A stretch of 48,611 nt of DNA from Bigelowiella natans CCMP2755 (GCA_000320545.1 ADNK01000647.1:1-48611), one strand, 5' to 3'; positions 12,387 through 25,016 are shown, numbered from the stretch's first letter. The notes: generated by a model from the sequence alone, not told the origin. Numbers and translations: made by a program.

Positions 12387-15300
12387 CTGCTTGTTGTTGT
12401 TGTTCACGTGGTAACGACGACGACGATGATGACGATGACGACGACGGTGCACAGAGCTTGAAGCACGCCTGCTTTTCTTCGACCAACGACACGACTTTGG
12501 TGTTGTTGCAAAGTCGTTATGGCTTTAGAGTCGTGTTGTAGAACAAAATCATTGCTGATTCTAATTTTAAGACATCTTCGATCTAATTATTGTATTTGAG
12601 TGTTATTGGACGAAACCTGCGTTTTCATTCCTCATATTCTGTGCCTTTTTTCTCGACTGTGCTGGTGAACGTACCTTTATTCTATGGTACAGGATCATCA
12701 TCATCGTCGTTGTCGTCGTCGTTGTCGTCGTCGTCATCGTCATCATCATCATCATCATCATCCCCTTCTGCTTTCCTTTTTCTCCTCCTCCCTGTCTTCT
12801 TCGGTGCAGGTTGACAACATCGGATCCTTTGGGATTCAAATCCCGACTCCAGTGCAAAGACAGGTGATTTCTTTCACCGAAGAAACTGAAAAACTGTTGT
12901 ATTCCTTGCTGGAAACGGCATTTCTCCCGTTTTTTCAAATTGTAGCGGAGTTTGCGATTTAGGCCAATGTTGTCGACAATTCTGTATTCACATCCTAATT
13001 CTCCTAACGACCCACGAGTAGGCGATACCGTGCTTGCTAAGCGGCCGCGATCTGCTCTGCACGGCTCCTACGGGTGATGATGACAACCCTTGATTGATTC
13101 TCGAAGAGGAGTAAAGTGCGGAGGAATGAATTAATGAATACCAAAATGTGCGGGGGAGCGGGGGGGGGGACCTCGTTGATTTTTTGTTTCTTTTTGTCGA
13201 AATCATTATACTACAGGTTCAGGCAAAACTCTTGCTTTTCTCGTTCCTGCGGTCTGTGTGATAAAATTTTATACTTGAGAGAGAAAGAGAAAGAGAAAGA
13301 GGCCAGGGTTGGGGGAGCTGGGAGAGAAGAAATATAGAAAGCGATGATAAATGTGCAGTTAATGTGAATGCCTTGATGCAACCAAGGAGCCAGTGCTCTC
13401 CTTCCCCCTTTACCCTGCCTCTTATTCTGATAATGCTCTTCGCGATCTGCAAATAATCTGCAGCTCGCTCACTGCACGGCATTCATTCAATGGTAATGAC
13501 AACGCGCTGCTCGTTTGTTTGTTTGTTGAAACAGATCCACATTGTCGACTGCGAGAGAAGGGTGTCGTCCAACAAGAAGCTTCACCCATTGCGTGTGTGC
13601 GTTATGTCCCCAACCGCGGAGCTCACCACCCAGTCTTGGGAGGTTGCTATTGTTTTGGTGCTAGTAGCAGTTGCAGTAGTAGGAGAAGGGGTATGCGGAA
13701 AAGGAAGAAGGGGAAAAAACTGATTTGGCGTCTGTGGGGGTAGCAGCGATGATGATGCTGATGATACGAAGCACGAGAGGGTTTGTTTGAAAGCTTTGTA
13801 AAGCATATACCTAGATAGTCAAACGGGGATGAGATCTGCCCCTTAAAACATGGTTGCAAGGCCATAGTGTCTGATGGCTACTTTCGAGCACTACCATGTT
13901 GTGCGGATCTCTAGCTTAATCATCCCTTCGTTCAGGTGTGCAACCGGGTGTGTCGCGACCTAGGCATAAAGTCAACCTTTTTAGATCGGGCCCACGCTGC
14001 GGTAACGTCGTTGCTCACACGTCACCAATGACGACCTCTACTAGTCAATGGATCGGGGGAGAGATGGGCTCTGGACGGATACTGATGATCGTGCTTTCCC
14101 TCCCCCCCCCCCCACCCTCCATTTTTGTCGCAAAAAGGGATCTGACTTTGGAAGCGTCGACATTCTACTCGCGCAGCCACTCCGTCTTGTCACCCTTACA
14201 GAAAGGTCCACGCTGCACCCCTTTACCCCACGCAGGGTGTTTGTTGTCCGCCTCCTTCACGCTGTTCTCTCGCGGTTTGCAGGTCCCGGATTAGCTTGAA
14301 ATCACTGCGCTTTCTAGTGGTGGACGAAGTGGACCGGATGTTAGATTTGCAGTTCTCCGATCAGGTCGCTCGCGCTTGCCGCCGTGGAGAGTAGGTTTTG
14401 TGCATATCTCCCTTCGTTGGGCTGTTTTGGATATGTACATATAAACAAGCTGTTCGAGAGTATTGCCAGCACAGGCACTTATTGGTTTTCTATGGGTGAT
14501 ATCTGGTTTTCAGCTTGATGACATTATTTCCCAAGTCTCCGACCTGCAAGGTGACAGAAACATAGCAATTGTATATAAAGAAGAGCTTTCTATAACAGAT
14601 CTAGCCGTTCTCATGTTAGCGTTTCATTCTTGTGGCCCGAGCATACTGTTGGTTGTTAGCAGTGCGCGTCCAGAGGGCGCTATTCTCCGCGACACTTCCT
14701 AGTCACGTCGAAAACTTGGCCAAGAGTGAGTAGTGGTTAGATCGCAGACGTTAGAAATACAGATTTGGAGGGGTTTATATCGACGGGCGTGGAATTTCGT
14801 TGAGGAAAGCCTGCGACGCTGCTTCTAGTTAGGGTTGAGTGACCGACGACATGTTCAGCTTGTGCCATTATACAGATGTGGTTCCTGACGCGTGGACGGT
14901 CAAGATAGGCACTGCGAACACCGTAAGTTGACCACATTCGCCCGAGATATTCCCTTGCCACACCCCCCCCTCTACATATGTGCTGCCGGATCTTTCTGTT
15001 TTTGGGGCACGTTCCTCCGAAACGTTCGTCGCAGCAACTGATATGGTCATGGATATGATGGGATGGTGTTTAGGCTGTGGACACAGTGACCCAGACGCTG
15101 TTGGATGTAACCAACGAATTTGGGTGAGGACCATGCGCACTTACGCTGAGCAATACATCGAGGAGGAAAGTGAATTGTATCATAGATGGTTTGGAGTTAC
15201 GGCTAAGATTTCTCATGCAACCTGTCACTGTTTGCTACTTTCAAAGGAAGCGATTCGAGATGGAGCAGATGTTCTCCAGGTAATAAATACGACGACAAAA

Positions 15301-17414
15301 CAAAAATAATGATGGTGATGATGGGGACGATTTTCACATAAAGTTGGTATGTTCTTGCTCAAAAAGGAGAGTGAAGCTACCGATGCTAGTATTCGTGGCC
15401 TCTAAGGTGATAACGCAAATAATGGAAATACATGCACCATCAGCCAGTGATGCTAAATTCCTCACTATTCATTGAGCGCCACTAACAGTGATTCGTCGCT
15501 GATGGCAACACGAATTTCCACGGTCTCATTTTTGCAACAATCTCAGGAGCGGAGTTTAGCCTTGAAGGAAGAGCTAAGAAAGGTCAATAGTTCTCCTGTT
15601 TGTTCCGTAGTCTGTATAGGTTTGATTGATATGGAGGCAATAGATATGGGGCAAACGCAAAGTTGACGGGATTTTTGGAAATCAATCGTATGCAGCGAGA
15701 ACTAAGGTCACAACTTCACTCAAGTGATTGATGTCATCGAAATGACATTTTCTGATCTGCATAAATTTGAAATTCACCACTTTGCCAGTATCAAAAGCAT
15801 CTTACTTTTCCCTATCATTTCCTATCTTCTTCTTCTTCTTCTTCTTCTTCTTCTTCATCATCTCCCTATTTCTCGCGCTGATTTCTTTTTCATCATAAAT
15901 GAAAAGGTGATTCACCGATTTAGGACAGGAGTGACTCCTATCTTGGTAACCACCGATTTGATGTCCAGAGGTGTATTTTGCACGACGTACAGCCACAGCA
16001 TATCCCCCGCTATCATATTTCTAACGACTTCCGTTGTCCGAAACAGGAATGGATTTCCTCGGTGTTAACACCGTAGTGCAGTACGACTTCCCGCAAACAC
16101 GGTGATGCTGAAGCCGTAAACATTACGATGGTGATGGTGATGATGATGGTGTTTATGATAATCGCGGCGGCAATAGTATCAGCATTTGGCCCGCATCGAC
16201 GAAGATTGTATTCACAAGAGGAAAATCCACGCCTGGAAAATACGACTGAAGGGATATCATCGTTTATTTAGGCTAGACTACATTCACCGTGTTGGCCGAA
16301 CTGGGTATGTGGCGTGTTTTCTACTCCTTCAATGCAGCGCAAATCGAGATAATGAAAGAAATCTCTCTGTCGATATTTCAGGAGAGCCGGAAGAAGAGGT
16401 TATTGCGTAACTTTCTTCACAAACGAGGTCGCTCAGTAGTGTATTTGCATGTGATGATCCACACTAATTACATTTTCTGTTCCATAAGGACCGAGGGGCC
16501 TTACGGGAAATCGCAAGTAAGACAAACATATATTCAATAGCAATACGAAATGTTTTCACGTATTGCAAAATGGTAATGCTCAATATCTTCCTGTTCTTGC
16601 AGGCACGATGCGTCTCTCAGGATGTGACGTTCCAGATTGGTCACGTTTCTTTTTGAAAGAGAGATTTAGAACGTTGAGTTTTTAAAGCTAATAGGAGTAA
16701 TTGAAACAGGATGCTGGAGAAACGAGCAGGTGGATCGTCGCGAATTCGAGGTAATTCTTTGAACAAATCCAAAATTTAGAGATATATTCATATCTTCATG
16801 TAAGGGTGATAGTGCTGCACGGTCTAAAACTTTCCATCCATCATAATGAATGTTTTAATTTAAAGGGAAGGATGGGCAGCTCTACAGACGACCTCCCATT
16901 GCTGAATCGGTAGTACAAAGCGACTAATCTTCCGTCTGATTTGAATAAAGTTATCGACTTACGTTATTTTCTATCTATACTTCTTCACGATAGACATGAG
17001 TATCTTCAAAATACACGCACACACACGAACTTATAATATAAATCTGTAACGGTGATTTTGATTAGATATCTCTCGATCCAAAAATGCGGCAAATCGCATT
17101 TTTCAAAAATAAAGAACAGGTAGTGATTCTCATCATCCCCAAAATGTCTAAATAGCTTGTCTCCACACTCGAAAATGTAATGAATGAATGCATTGATTTT
17201 AATTTGTACGATTGGTATTCAGGAAGCTCGCCGGAAGAGGAACAGAGCAATTCGCTTCGCACGAAGAAAAAAGATGCAAAGGCGACTGGGAAAGTCCACG
17301 CACAAACCTGTTGATGTCAAGAAGCCAGCTTCCAAGAAAGTTGCGTTACGGGATGATGATTCAGAGATTGATTCGGCAATCGTCGATCTCGAATCTTCAG
17401 AATCTAACCAATGA
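11102..17414 (+). CDS. ROK1: ROK1/DDX52-like DEAD-box RNA helicase with N-terminal extension (many small exons)
   Basis: Spliced motifs in order: Q motif GIQIPTPVQRQ (12830-12863), APTG|SGKT, MSPTAEL, LVVDEVDRM (~14315-14340), LFSATL, LPMLVFVASK|ERS, ILVTTDLMSRG|MDFLGVNTVVQYDFP, YIHRVGRTG|RAGRRG, FFTNE|DRGALR, SGCDVPDW. The C-terminal half matches DDX52/Rok1. The core from ~12590 is solid; joining the exons from ATG 11102 is inferred and not fully resolved. Confidence 0.85.
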
Positions 17415-18217
17415 CATTTCTGTGCATCCCATGGCATCCAAAGTTGATCTAGTTCCAACTTCCAGACTTGGGCTGACAAGTGAAGCGCAAGTTGAAGTAG
17501 GTGCAGCGCAATGCATGATTTGTGATCTTCCAAAGCGTGATCCACGTTCAAATCTCGTGCTCAAAGCAAGCAACACCGCCAAGATGAACGTGATGTGCCA
17601 ACACCAGCTAGCCTCCCGTGCAGCGAACCTCCAGGATGATCAGGTGTTGGTGGAGTTGCTCATGCACCCGCCACACTTTTGCAATTGCATTGTAGCGAGT
17701 GCATCCATGTGCAGCCAGCACTGAAGCAGCATCATGTGCCCTGTTCAATTTGCGGATTTGCTCTCATCATTGGTGCACTGCGTCACAAAGTTCGAATGGT
17801 CTTTCGTTTGTTTTCGTTTCAATCACCTCGTTTTGGTGCATCATCGATGTGTTTTGTGATGCCTGTGAAGCAGTTGTGACAACACACTTGAGCGCGAATG
17901 AATGACACGCGTTCGGGCATCATCGAATCCCAAATGATTTGTCACAGCGTCTGCGACAACACCATCATCTTTGTGCTGCTGAAAGCGATTTCGACGGAGA
18001 TTTCACGACCTCCAGACAAAAAATATTTCGCGGATTGCAACAGATATGCGTTCCCGCATTAATTTTCAGGTTGAAAAGCGCAATCATTTTCATTGTGCGA
18101 CATGTCTCTGGAGCTGAATTAAGGCATATTTCTGAACTGCGCCGCACTCTTTTGGCCGCGGGAACATATCACTGTGTTGGCCGTAGGACATACAAACCAA
18201 CCGCCACATTAGGTCCC

Positions 18218-21200
18218 ATGGGGGCGGAATGCCAACCAGAAGCAAATGCTGGCTTCCTGGGAGCTGCTGGTAGCAATGGGGTATGACACACCAATTAAAT
18301 AATGCAAGACTGTTTGATTATTTCGAACATCACTAGGCACAGATAAGTTCTATTTTCGACTCTTCATGCTTTCCATATCTGGCACTGTCCCATCCTGACA
18401 TCAGCTCAAGGGATGACAGCGAGATAGAGCCATCTGTGAAAGAGAGAAGAGGGATTGGAAACATTCATACAAGTATAGATAAGAAGGCATCCATAGTGTA
18501 ATTAAACATGCTTCGAGCATTTGTTCTTTCTATTTACACGTTACTAAATGTGTCAGAGCAACAAGCGACCCAATAAGATCACCGCGTCAATCTCTTCGAA
18601 CGCAGAAAACGCCTCCTCGATCCCCGTCATCGCCTCATTCTCCGAATCAAAGAAAAAAAAATGCAAGTCATCCCACTTTCGAAGATTGGAAAGTAGTATT
18701 CATCCAGCTAGGTTACTTGCATCATAAATTGAATAAATATTTGGCGTAATTCAGAAATTGAAAAGTCAATTAGCAGAGGCAACATGTCAAATAGAGTCAT
18801 TCAAGAAACTTTTGTATTCTGCTCAAAGCCTGCCACAAAAGCTCCGTGATAAGATATACAAGCTTGAAAAAGATAACACAACCTATAAAGAAGAGATTCA
18901 GGTTAACATTTTTGAGCGAAACCGGATGATCTTACGATTGATGTTTCAGGAGTACAAGGAAAAATTGAGAAGAGGGGGTCACAACATTGCACGAAAGTTA
19001 GAGGAAGATCTGTCCAAAGCCAAAGAACGACATCATCCGACCTCAGCAGATTACAAAGCAAAATATAAGGTATTCATAAAAGACACAGGGGTGGTAGAAA
19101 AGATTAAACGAAGGCTAACTAGACACGAAGATAACTAGGCGCCAAGATCATTCATATGGCTTGCAGTTGGAATCTTGCAGTCATTCTGTCATTAATTTTT
19201 TTAGTCTCTAACCAGGAAGCTCGAAGCTACCAGGAAAATGTATCTTGACAGTACAGATTTGGACAATACACAAGCAAAATTAGATCATGTTAGAAGGGAG
19301 GTACGTTTAAGGGAAAAGAGAAGTCAGGTACAAAGTAAATTGCGTTGGATAGAAACATATCGTACATTAAAGTGGTGCAAATATTTTAGAAACTCAAGCT
19401 TCGAATCCAACAACTTGAGTCCGAGCTTGTAAACTACAAAGACAAATCACAAGAATTGAAAGAAGAGAATAGAGCTCTTAACACAAGAATTTCGGTCATC
19501 AGTATTATTATAGCCTAATTTTGATTATTTTCTTCATTGAATTCTTAATTAAACCAAGGAGCTGGAGGAAGAGGTATCTGCTGCAACTATTTCATTGGAT
19601 GAGAAAGAAAGCTACATAAAAAATCTTCAACATCGCTGTGAGGAGGACTATGATGGAGATGAGGCTGGTAGACGCTCCTCAGAAATTTCAACGTCGGGCA
19701 CAGAGTGTTTCAACAGACTTTCAATGCAGTCTGAGACCTTCAGACACTCGCTTCAATCCGATGATACCGGTAGGTTGTAATGAAGTCGAATTTTGGATGT
19801 TCGTTCACCTATTTCTCTCTCAAAGCGATCATTCCAGAATCTTCCGATGAGGTCGATGCTTCTTCAAAGCCAAAATCGCAACTGAAAGTTGGTATCGACA
19901 CGCAAATATCAAAATCTCGTATCGCGGTATTTCCTTCAATGTCGACTGAAGGCAGTAACAAAATCGTTACATATATTGAAAATGGGCACGAGAGATTCGT
20001 GGCTAATATTGTCTTTAGACTGAGGGCGTTGCGTGATCTCCGGCAACTGTGTACAAAATTTGAAGAAATAAGTGTGGGCGAACGCAAGCAGTAAGATGTG
20101 ATCATCATTAGCATTATTTTCAAACATTTAATCATGCTTTTGATGATTTCCGCCAGTTTACTAACCCCTCGAAGAAACTACACAATGCCGCGACCTCCAA
20201 GGTCAAGGTCGGCGTCTAGATCTCCAGCTTCACATGGCAGAACGAAGAGAAAAATAAAGCGTTCGGCTTCTAGTGGGATTCAATGCACATACTCCTGGGC
20301 TCATATTTTAGTTGAAAGATTGCGAGGAATTGTCGATCCCTATATTCTCCACTCATTTTTTGATGCTTCTATGCACTGGGTAGGTACCACTGCTTCGTTT
20401 TTCATCACCACCTTCTCCTGAAGCTATATGAATTTTTGATAATGCGGCAGCTGGTTGAGACTAAGGCAATCGACTTGGAGTGCTGGACAAAACTCATACC
20501 ACCATTCCGATGCCTAATAGCCTCTCATTATATTCCTCGCTCTCCAAGGTCATGCGAATATTTGGAATTACTACCAAATTAAAACTTATAATGATTTGTA
20601 GATATCGTATTGTTGAGACATCAATGCCTCTTGTGGAGAAAGATATAAAAGGAAATCACATTGCGGTTGGAATACGGGGCCTTCAGCATGTAGCTAACAA
20701 ATTTCCCGAAATGCTGGAAGAATTTTCTGAACGTCTCAGCAGGCAATGAAATAATGATTTTGCATTAATCTACATAAATTTGAATACTATATTTTTTCCA
20801 GTACGGACTTAGATCCCAATCATCTCACCTGCTACCTCTGTGGCCGAAAATATGGAACAAAAAGGTCTCTTAAAAATTTTAAAAAAAAGTGGTATCAAAA
20901 TAAGCATTAAATATGACCCTAATATGATCACGAAAGTTTTATTTTTCCTTTTGTTCGTAGTCTTGCAATCCATCTTCCACAATGCAAAGAACTCTGGATC
21001 CGTAGGCAGTCGAGAAAACCTCTAAAGGTACAGCCTCGACAGCACGTTTTGGAAATTTCTCATTTTACCTTGTCTTTGAATTTTCGATAGGAACGTAAAG
21101 CATTACCTGGTACGTACGATATGTTTGGATACTGTTGGGGTGATTGCCATGCATGAGAGGAGCCCCTATAGATTAAGTACTCACACACAATCATGTACCT

Positions 21201-21579
21201 AATGAAAGAATGTCCGGATGGATGGAAAATATGGATGAAGGGCCAACCCATTGAGGAACTTCAGAAATACAACATTTTGGCAATGTTCTCCGAAGAATGA
21301 AATTCGAATGAATAACATTCCACTTGCATCAAAGTTGAATCGAGATACCTAAATTCTCATTTCTTTAGGAAAACCTATGAAAATTGTTCACTATGTCGCT
21401 GTCCAAATTGTGGAAGAACTTTTTTCGAAGGGGCATTTGAGAGACATATCCGAGGGTGCCAACCAGGTTATCAAAGTATAGTAACTGTATCAAATTACTC
21501 TCACTCTCGAGTTAACATGATAGGATGTATCTATGGTCCTCCCAAACTTCCTACAGTTGCGCGTGAGTGCATAAGGTAG
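18218..21579 (+). CDS. Coiled-coil protein with C-terminal tandem C2HC zinc fingers (ZNF474-like)
   Basis: AT-rich short-intron gene. Coiled-coil exons at 18755-19770; spliced C-terminus HLTCYLCGRKYGTK|SLAIHLPQCKELW...|ERKALP...KYNILAM|KTYENCSLCRCPNCGRTFFEGAFERHIRGCQPG (20802-21470). Start (ATG 18218) and stop (21579) are approximate. Confidence 0.72.
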
Positions 21580-22529
21580 TCATAGCCAATTTTGTCAATG
21601 GAAAATATGAACAGAATCATATTAGGCAACTCATTGACTCTAAGGGAGAAATTGGCGCAATAGTTACCCAATCGAACCAGGGAACTCACATACGTAATTT
21701 CATATTGAAGACATTTAAACATGGGAGGTAATAATTGATCCTCTTTGTCTAGGAGAATGTGCACAGAGACTATTGCAATCGATCAGATCTCTAGAATCTG
21801 AACATCTTCCTCACGATGCAAGTCGAATTCAGAGTGGTTAAATGTCAATGGCTTCTGTCTATGTGAAAGTCTTCACCTCTTGGCGCATTCAATCATTGTC
21901 ATGTTTGATTTTCTTTTTACTTTCATGTACTGGCTTGAAATGCATCTCGCTGACCAATTTGCGAATATTTCAACATTTGCATGTTTGAATTAGACACATG
22001 GCTTACATAGCTAATTTGCTGTGCTATGTTGTGTCTACATACTAGCACAGCGAATATGGAAAATGCACATTTGTCAGTTGACATGACGATTTGTGAAAGG
22101 CATTTTGTCGAAACATCATCATCGCACGCGCAGACTACTAGACTAGTAGACTCTAGGACTGCTGAGTAGCGTCTCGATGCAACATGACTTATGTCTTTTG
22201 TGCTACATGCTCCCGCGATTAGCTAGATTATTAGATTAGGTCCAGAGGTAGGCGTGCTAACGCATGCTACTACATCGAGTTCGTGGTTCCCTTGAGACAG
22301 GTTTGCTTCTTTCTGATCCAGAATTTGATTGCAGCAAGTCAGGCTAGCTAGCTAGCACTAGAACAGGGGTGCTGGCTAGCTAGCTAGAGCGCGTGCGTTT
22401 ATTGAAAGGATTTCAACATTCTAGCATTGTTCGATTCTAATAGATTGCCACGATTTCAGATTATGTCGCACAGTTTAAAAACATCTCCTGCTAGCCTGGC
22501 TTGCAACAAACTTTGGAATGATTCTGAAT

Positions 22530-23849
22530 TTAGTTCGCAGTCCTTGGAGGGTTTAGCTTAAATTCGAATGGTTTTTCCCCTGTAAGCACAGCCCAATCTT
22601 CAGTCCAGTGAAACAAGGCGCTCCCCGCTAGCTTGCCAAAGGGGTTTAGTTCGATTATGTAGAGCTGTCGCTCTTTCGGCAACCACACGAAATCGACAAC
22701 TGCATCTTTCATTGGCATTTTAGGTCCGAGAGTAAGTTTTACATACTCACAAGCTTTCTTAGCAATTTCATGCCTATCCTTCCAAATCTCTGGATAGTGG
22801 TGATCGACTGTATAGTACTGTGAAAGAGCTGTAAGCTTACGATCATGTATAAATCCACGTAGCTCGGAGGAGCGAGGTATCTCGACCCAAGGCCGAGTTA
22901 TAAGATGGAGGTTCATAATACTGAAAGGCTTCAGAAGGGTTTTTGACCTTTTAGCATCCTGAAGATCATCTACGATTCTCTGAGAAAGACATAAGAGATC
23001 AATTGCTTCAAGTCCACTCTCATTGGCCATTGAGAGGCGATGATATTCAAATTCGGTATTCGCCTCTTTTTGAGTCATTGTCGTCCGTGTATTCGCTGCC
23101 GCAATTTCTTGCTGTCTTAGGAACTCCTTAGATATCTTTGCCCGTAGTTTTCTTGGAATATTTGCAAGCATTGATGATTTTTTCCGTAACTTGCACTCGG
23201 TTGATTTTTGAAGAATGCTTGTTGTCTTCTTCTTCTCCGCAGTACTCCTCAAATGGCTCTTCCGCTGCGTCATCAACATACTATCCTTCGGGGATCGAGT
23301 CGAAAGTTTGACAAAGAATTTCACCCCTCCGTATTCTTTATCCAATTCACTAATAAGAGCTGAAATCGCCTTTCGGTGTTCATCTGAGAGCTTCCCCCAC
23401 ACATTTTCGTGGTTGATCCAGTATTTGCCATGCTTTGGAAGCTTTGATTTGTCCCGAGCAGCTTCCCAGTATAGCTGCATCATCAGTGTTGCAGCCTTCA
23501 GAAGAGCATCCTGTGCACACTCACTCAATGGCAACATAGTTGCAGGAAACGTTACATCACCCAAGTTGTTTTGCCAGTTATCAAAGTTGTATATCTCCCG
23601 ATACACTGTGTTGGACATCCACTGGAGCTGAGATTCGCACAGATTTTTACAATCGATGCTTGTCAATATTCCGTTTTCCTCCAGTATCGAGATGAGCTTA
23701 CCGAATGCATCGTACCGAACCGAGTCACTTCCATCCAGGCAGTCCGTCAAGAGGCCAGACAGCTTTCTATCATCGAATTGGTTCTTACCAGAGGCATCTT
23801 CGTTGGGAACACAGCTCTTGTCTACCCCTGTGTGATTGAATTCTATCAT
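22530..23849 (-). CDS. CDC123/D123-like (R2K clade) ATP-grasp protein, intronless
   Basis: Single ORF, first ATG at 23849 (~439 aa), with FFVKLSTRSPKDS, LLCLSQRIVDDL, RPW...ELRGFIHDRKLTALSQYY, VVDF and IIELNPFG...GSALFHW, the motif series of Cdc123-type ATP-grasps. Confidence 0.85.
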   Translation of the reverse strand: MIEFNHTGVDKSCVPNEDASGKNQFDDRKLSGLLTDCLDGSDSVRYDAFGKLISILEENGILTSIDCKNLCESQLQWMSNTVYREIYNFDNWQNNLGDVTFPATMLPLSECAQDALLKAATLMMQLYWEAARDKSKLPKHGKYWINHENVWGKLSDEHRKAISALISELDKEYGGVKFFVKLSTRSPKDSMLMTQRKSHLRSTAEKKKTTSILQKSTECKLRKKSSMLANIPRKLRAKISKEFLRQQEIAAANTRTTMTQKEANTEFEYHRLSMANESGLEAIDLLCLSQRIVDDLQDAKRSKTLLKPFSIMNLHLITRPWVEIPRSSELRGFIHDRKLTALSQYYTVDHHYPEIWKDRHEIAKKACEYVKLTLGPKMPMKDAVVDFVWLPKERQLYIIELNPFGKLAGSALFHWTEDWAVLTGEKPFEFKLNPPRTAN

Positions 23850-24557
23850 ATGACCAACTTTGTCCGTGTTGCTGTTGCATTTGAAATACAGATTATTAAA
23901 CGTGAAATTTACCAGCTCTGCGTATAGCGTCACGAATATCAATTAAAAATCTGCTCGTCCGAATCAGTGAGAATGCTGGGGAGGACTTCGAACCCAGCAT
24001 TGTGCTCACATCCGATACTCTGTTCATATTTCCGCTAAAGGCTGTAGACCCCAGGCAAGACAGCTAGCTCCGGGAACAATCCTAGAGCACCATCGAGCAC
24101 CGAGCAGCGACCGGTAAACTCGGTGATGAAATTCCTTGAAATTGGAGGGTGAAATGTTACTGCGACAATATGTCTGATGCAACGAACTTCTAGAACTCTA
24201 GAAACGTTACCGGTAAATCAAGTAAATAAATTTCTCATCTGTGAGTTGTCGCAGGATGAAAACACCTTTCGCTTTCCTTGTCCCACGACTGTCTCCTAGT
24301 GCTAAATCCAAATCTCGTACGAGAGACATCTGATGCGACAGTTGATGGAAAATAGTGTCATCCATCATTTTGGTAAATGTTACGAGTAAAATTTGCCCAA
24401 TGCTTAGTACGCGCAGCAACACATTCGGAGAGTCGATCGGGACGGTTCTGTTCGGTGCAAAGCCCGGAGCTGCTTCTTCTTCTCCTCCTCCTTCGGCCCA
24501 GAAAACTAGAGTTTACTTCCGTAGGGAGCAGTGTCTAAGGGGGAAAGGGAAGTAGCC

Positions 24558-25016
24558 ATGGAAAATGCCGAACCGACTAGCATTTCCTCCCGTTATTCGG
24601 TATCGAACGGCACAAGGAATGACGACTCAAAACCCGGAGGCATTGATAGACGAAGAAAAGGCACAGAGGAGCATCTGCAAAATGAAAAGGCCTCACGTAA
24701 GTTGCAAAGAAAATTCTTTACAACCCACCCTTTGACCCTTGCAGCAGGGGCAAGAATTAATACAGTATCGATGTTTTCTCCTATGCATAAAGGCAGCATT
24801 CTCCGCTGCTACGCACAATCATCTCTGTGCAACACGCATGGCTTTTTATGCTGTAACTTATCGGAATGCGCCCATGGCCTACATGTCTTAGGGACGCAAT
24901 TCATTGGCGTCACCAGACTGAGAAAGAAATTTCAAGCGCGAATCCATGTCTTCGGCAAGCTCGTCTACCTTGGATCGTTCGATACCCCAATACAAGCTGC
25001 CAGGTGGGGAACGCAT

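Noticed and set aside
17212-17905. ORFs overlapping or downstream of the ROK1 last exon
   Set aside because: Alternative-frame or 3'-flank ORFs without motifs or splice support.
20270-20742. Resemblance to PACRG
   Set aside because: Only vague similarity (GLQH, FFD), too weak to name without a profile search.
23972-24001. tRNA-like T-arm/B-box (ggttcgaa on the minus strand) within a 9-bp inverted repeat
   Set aside because: No cloverleaf, D-arm or anticodon arm can be built; it is only an isolated hairpin.
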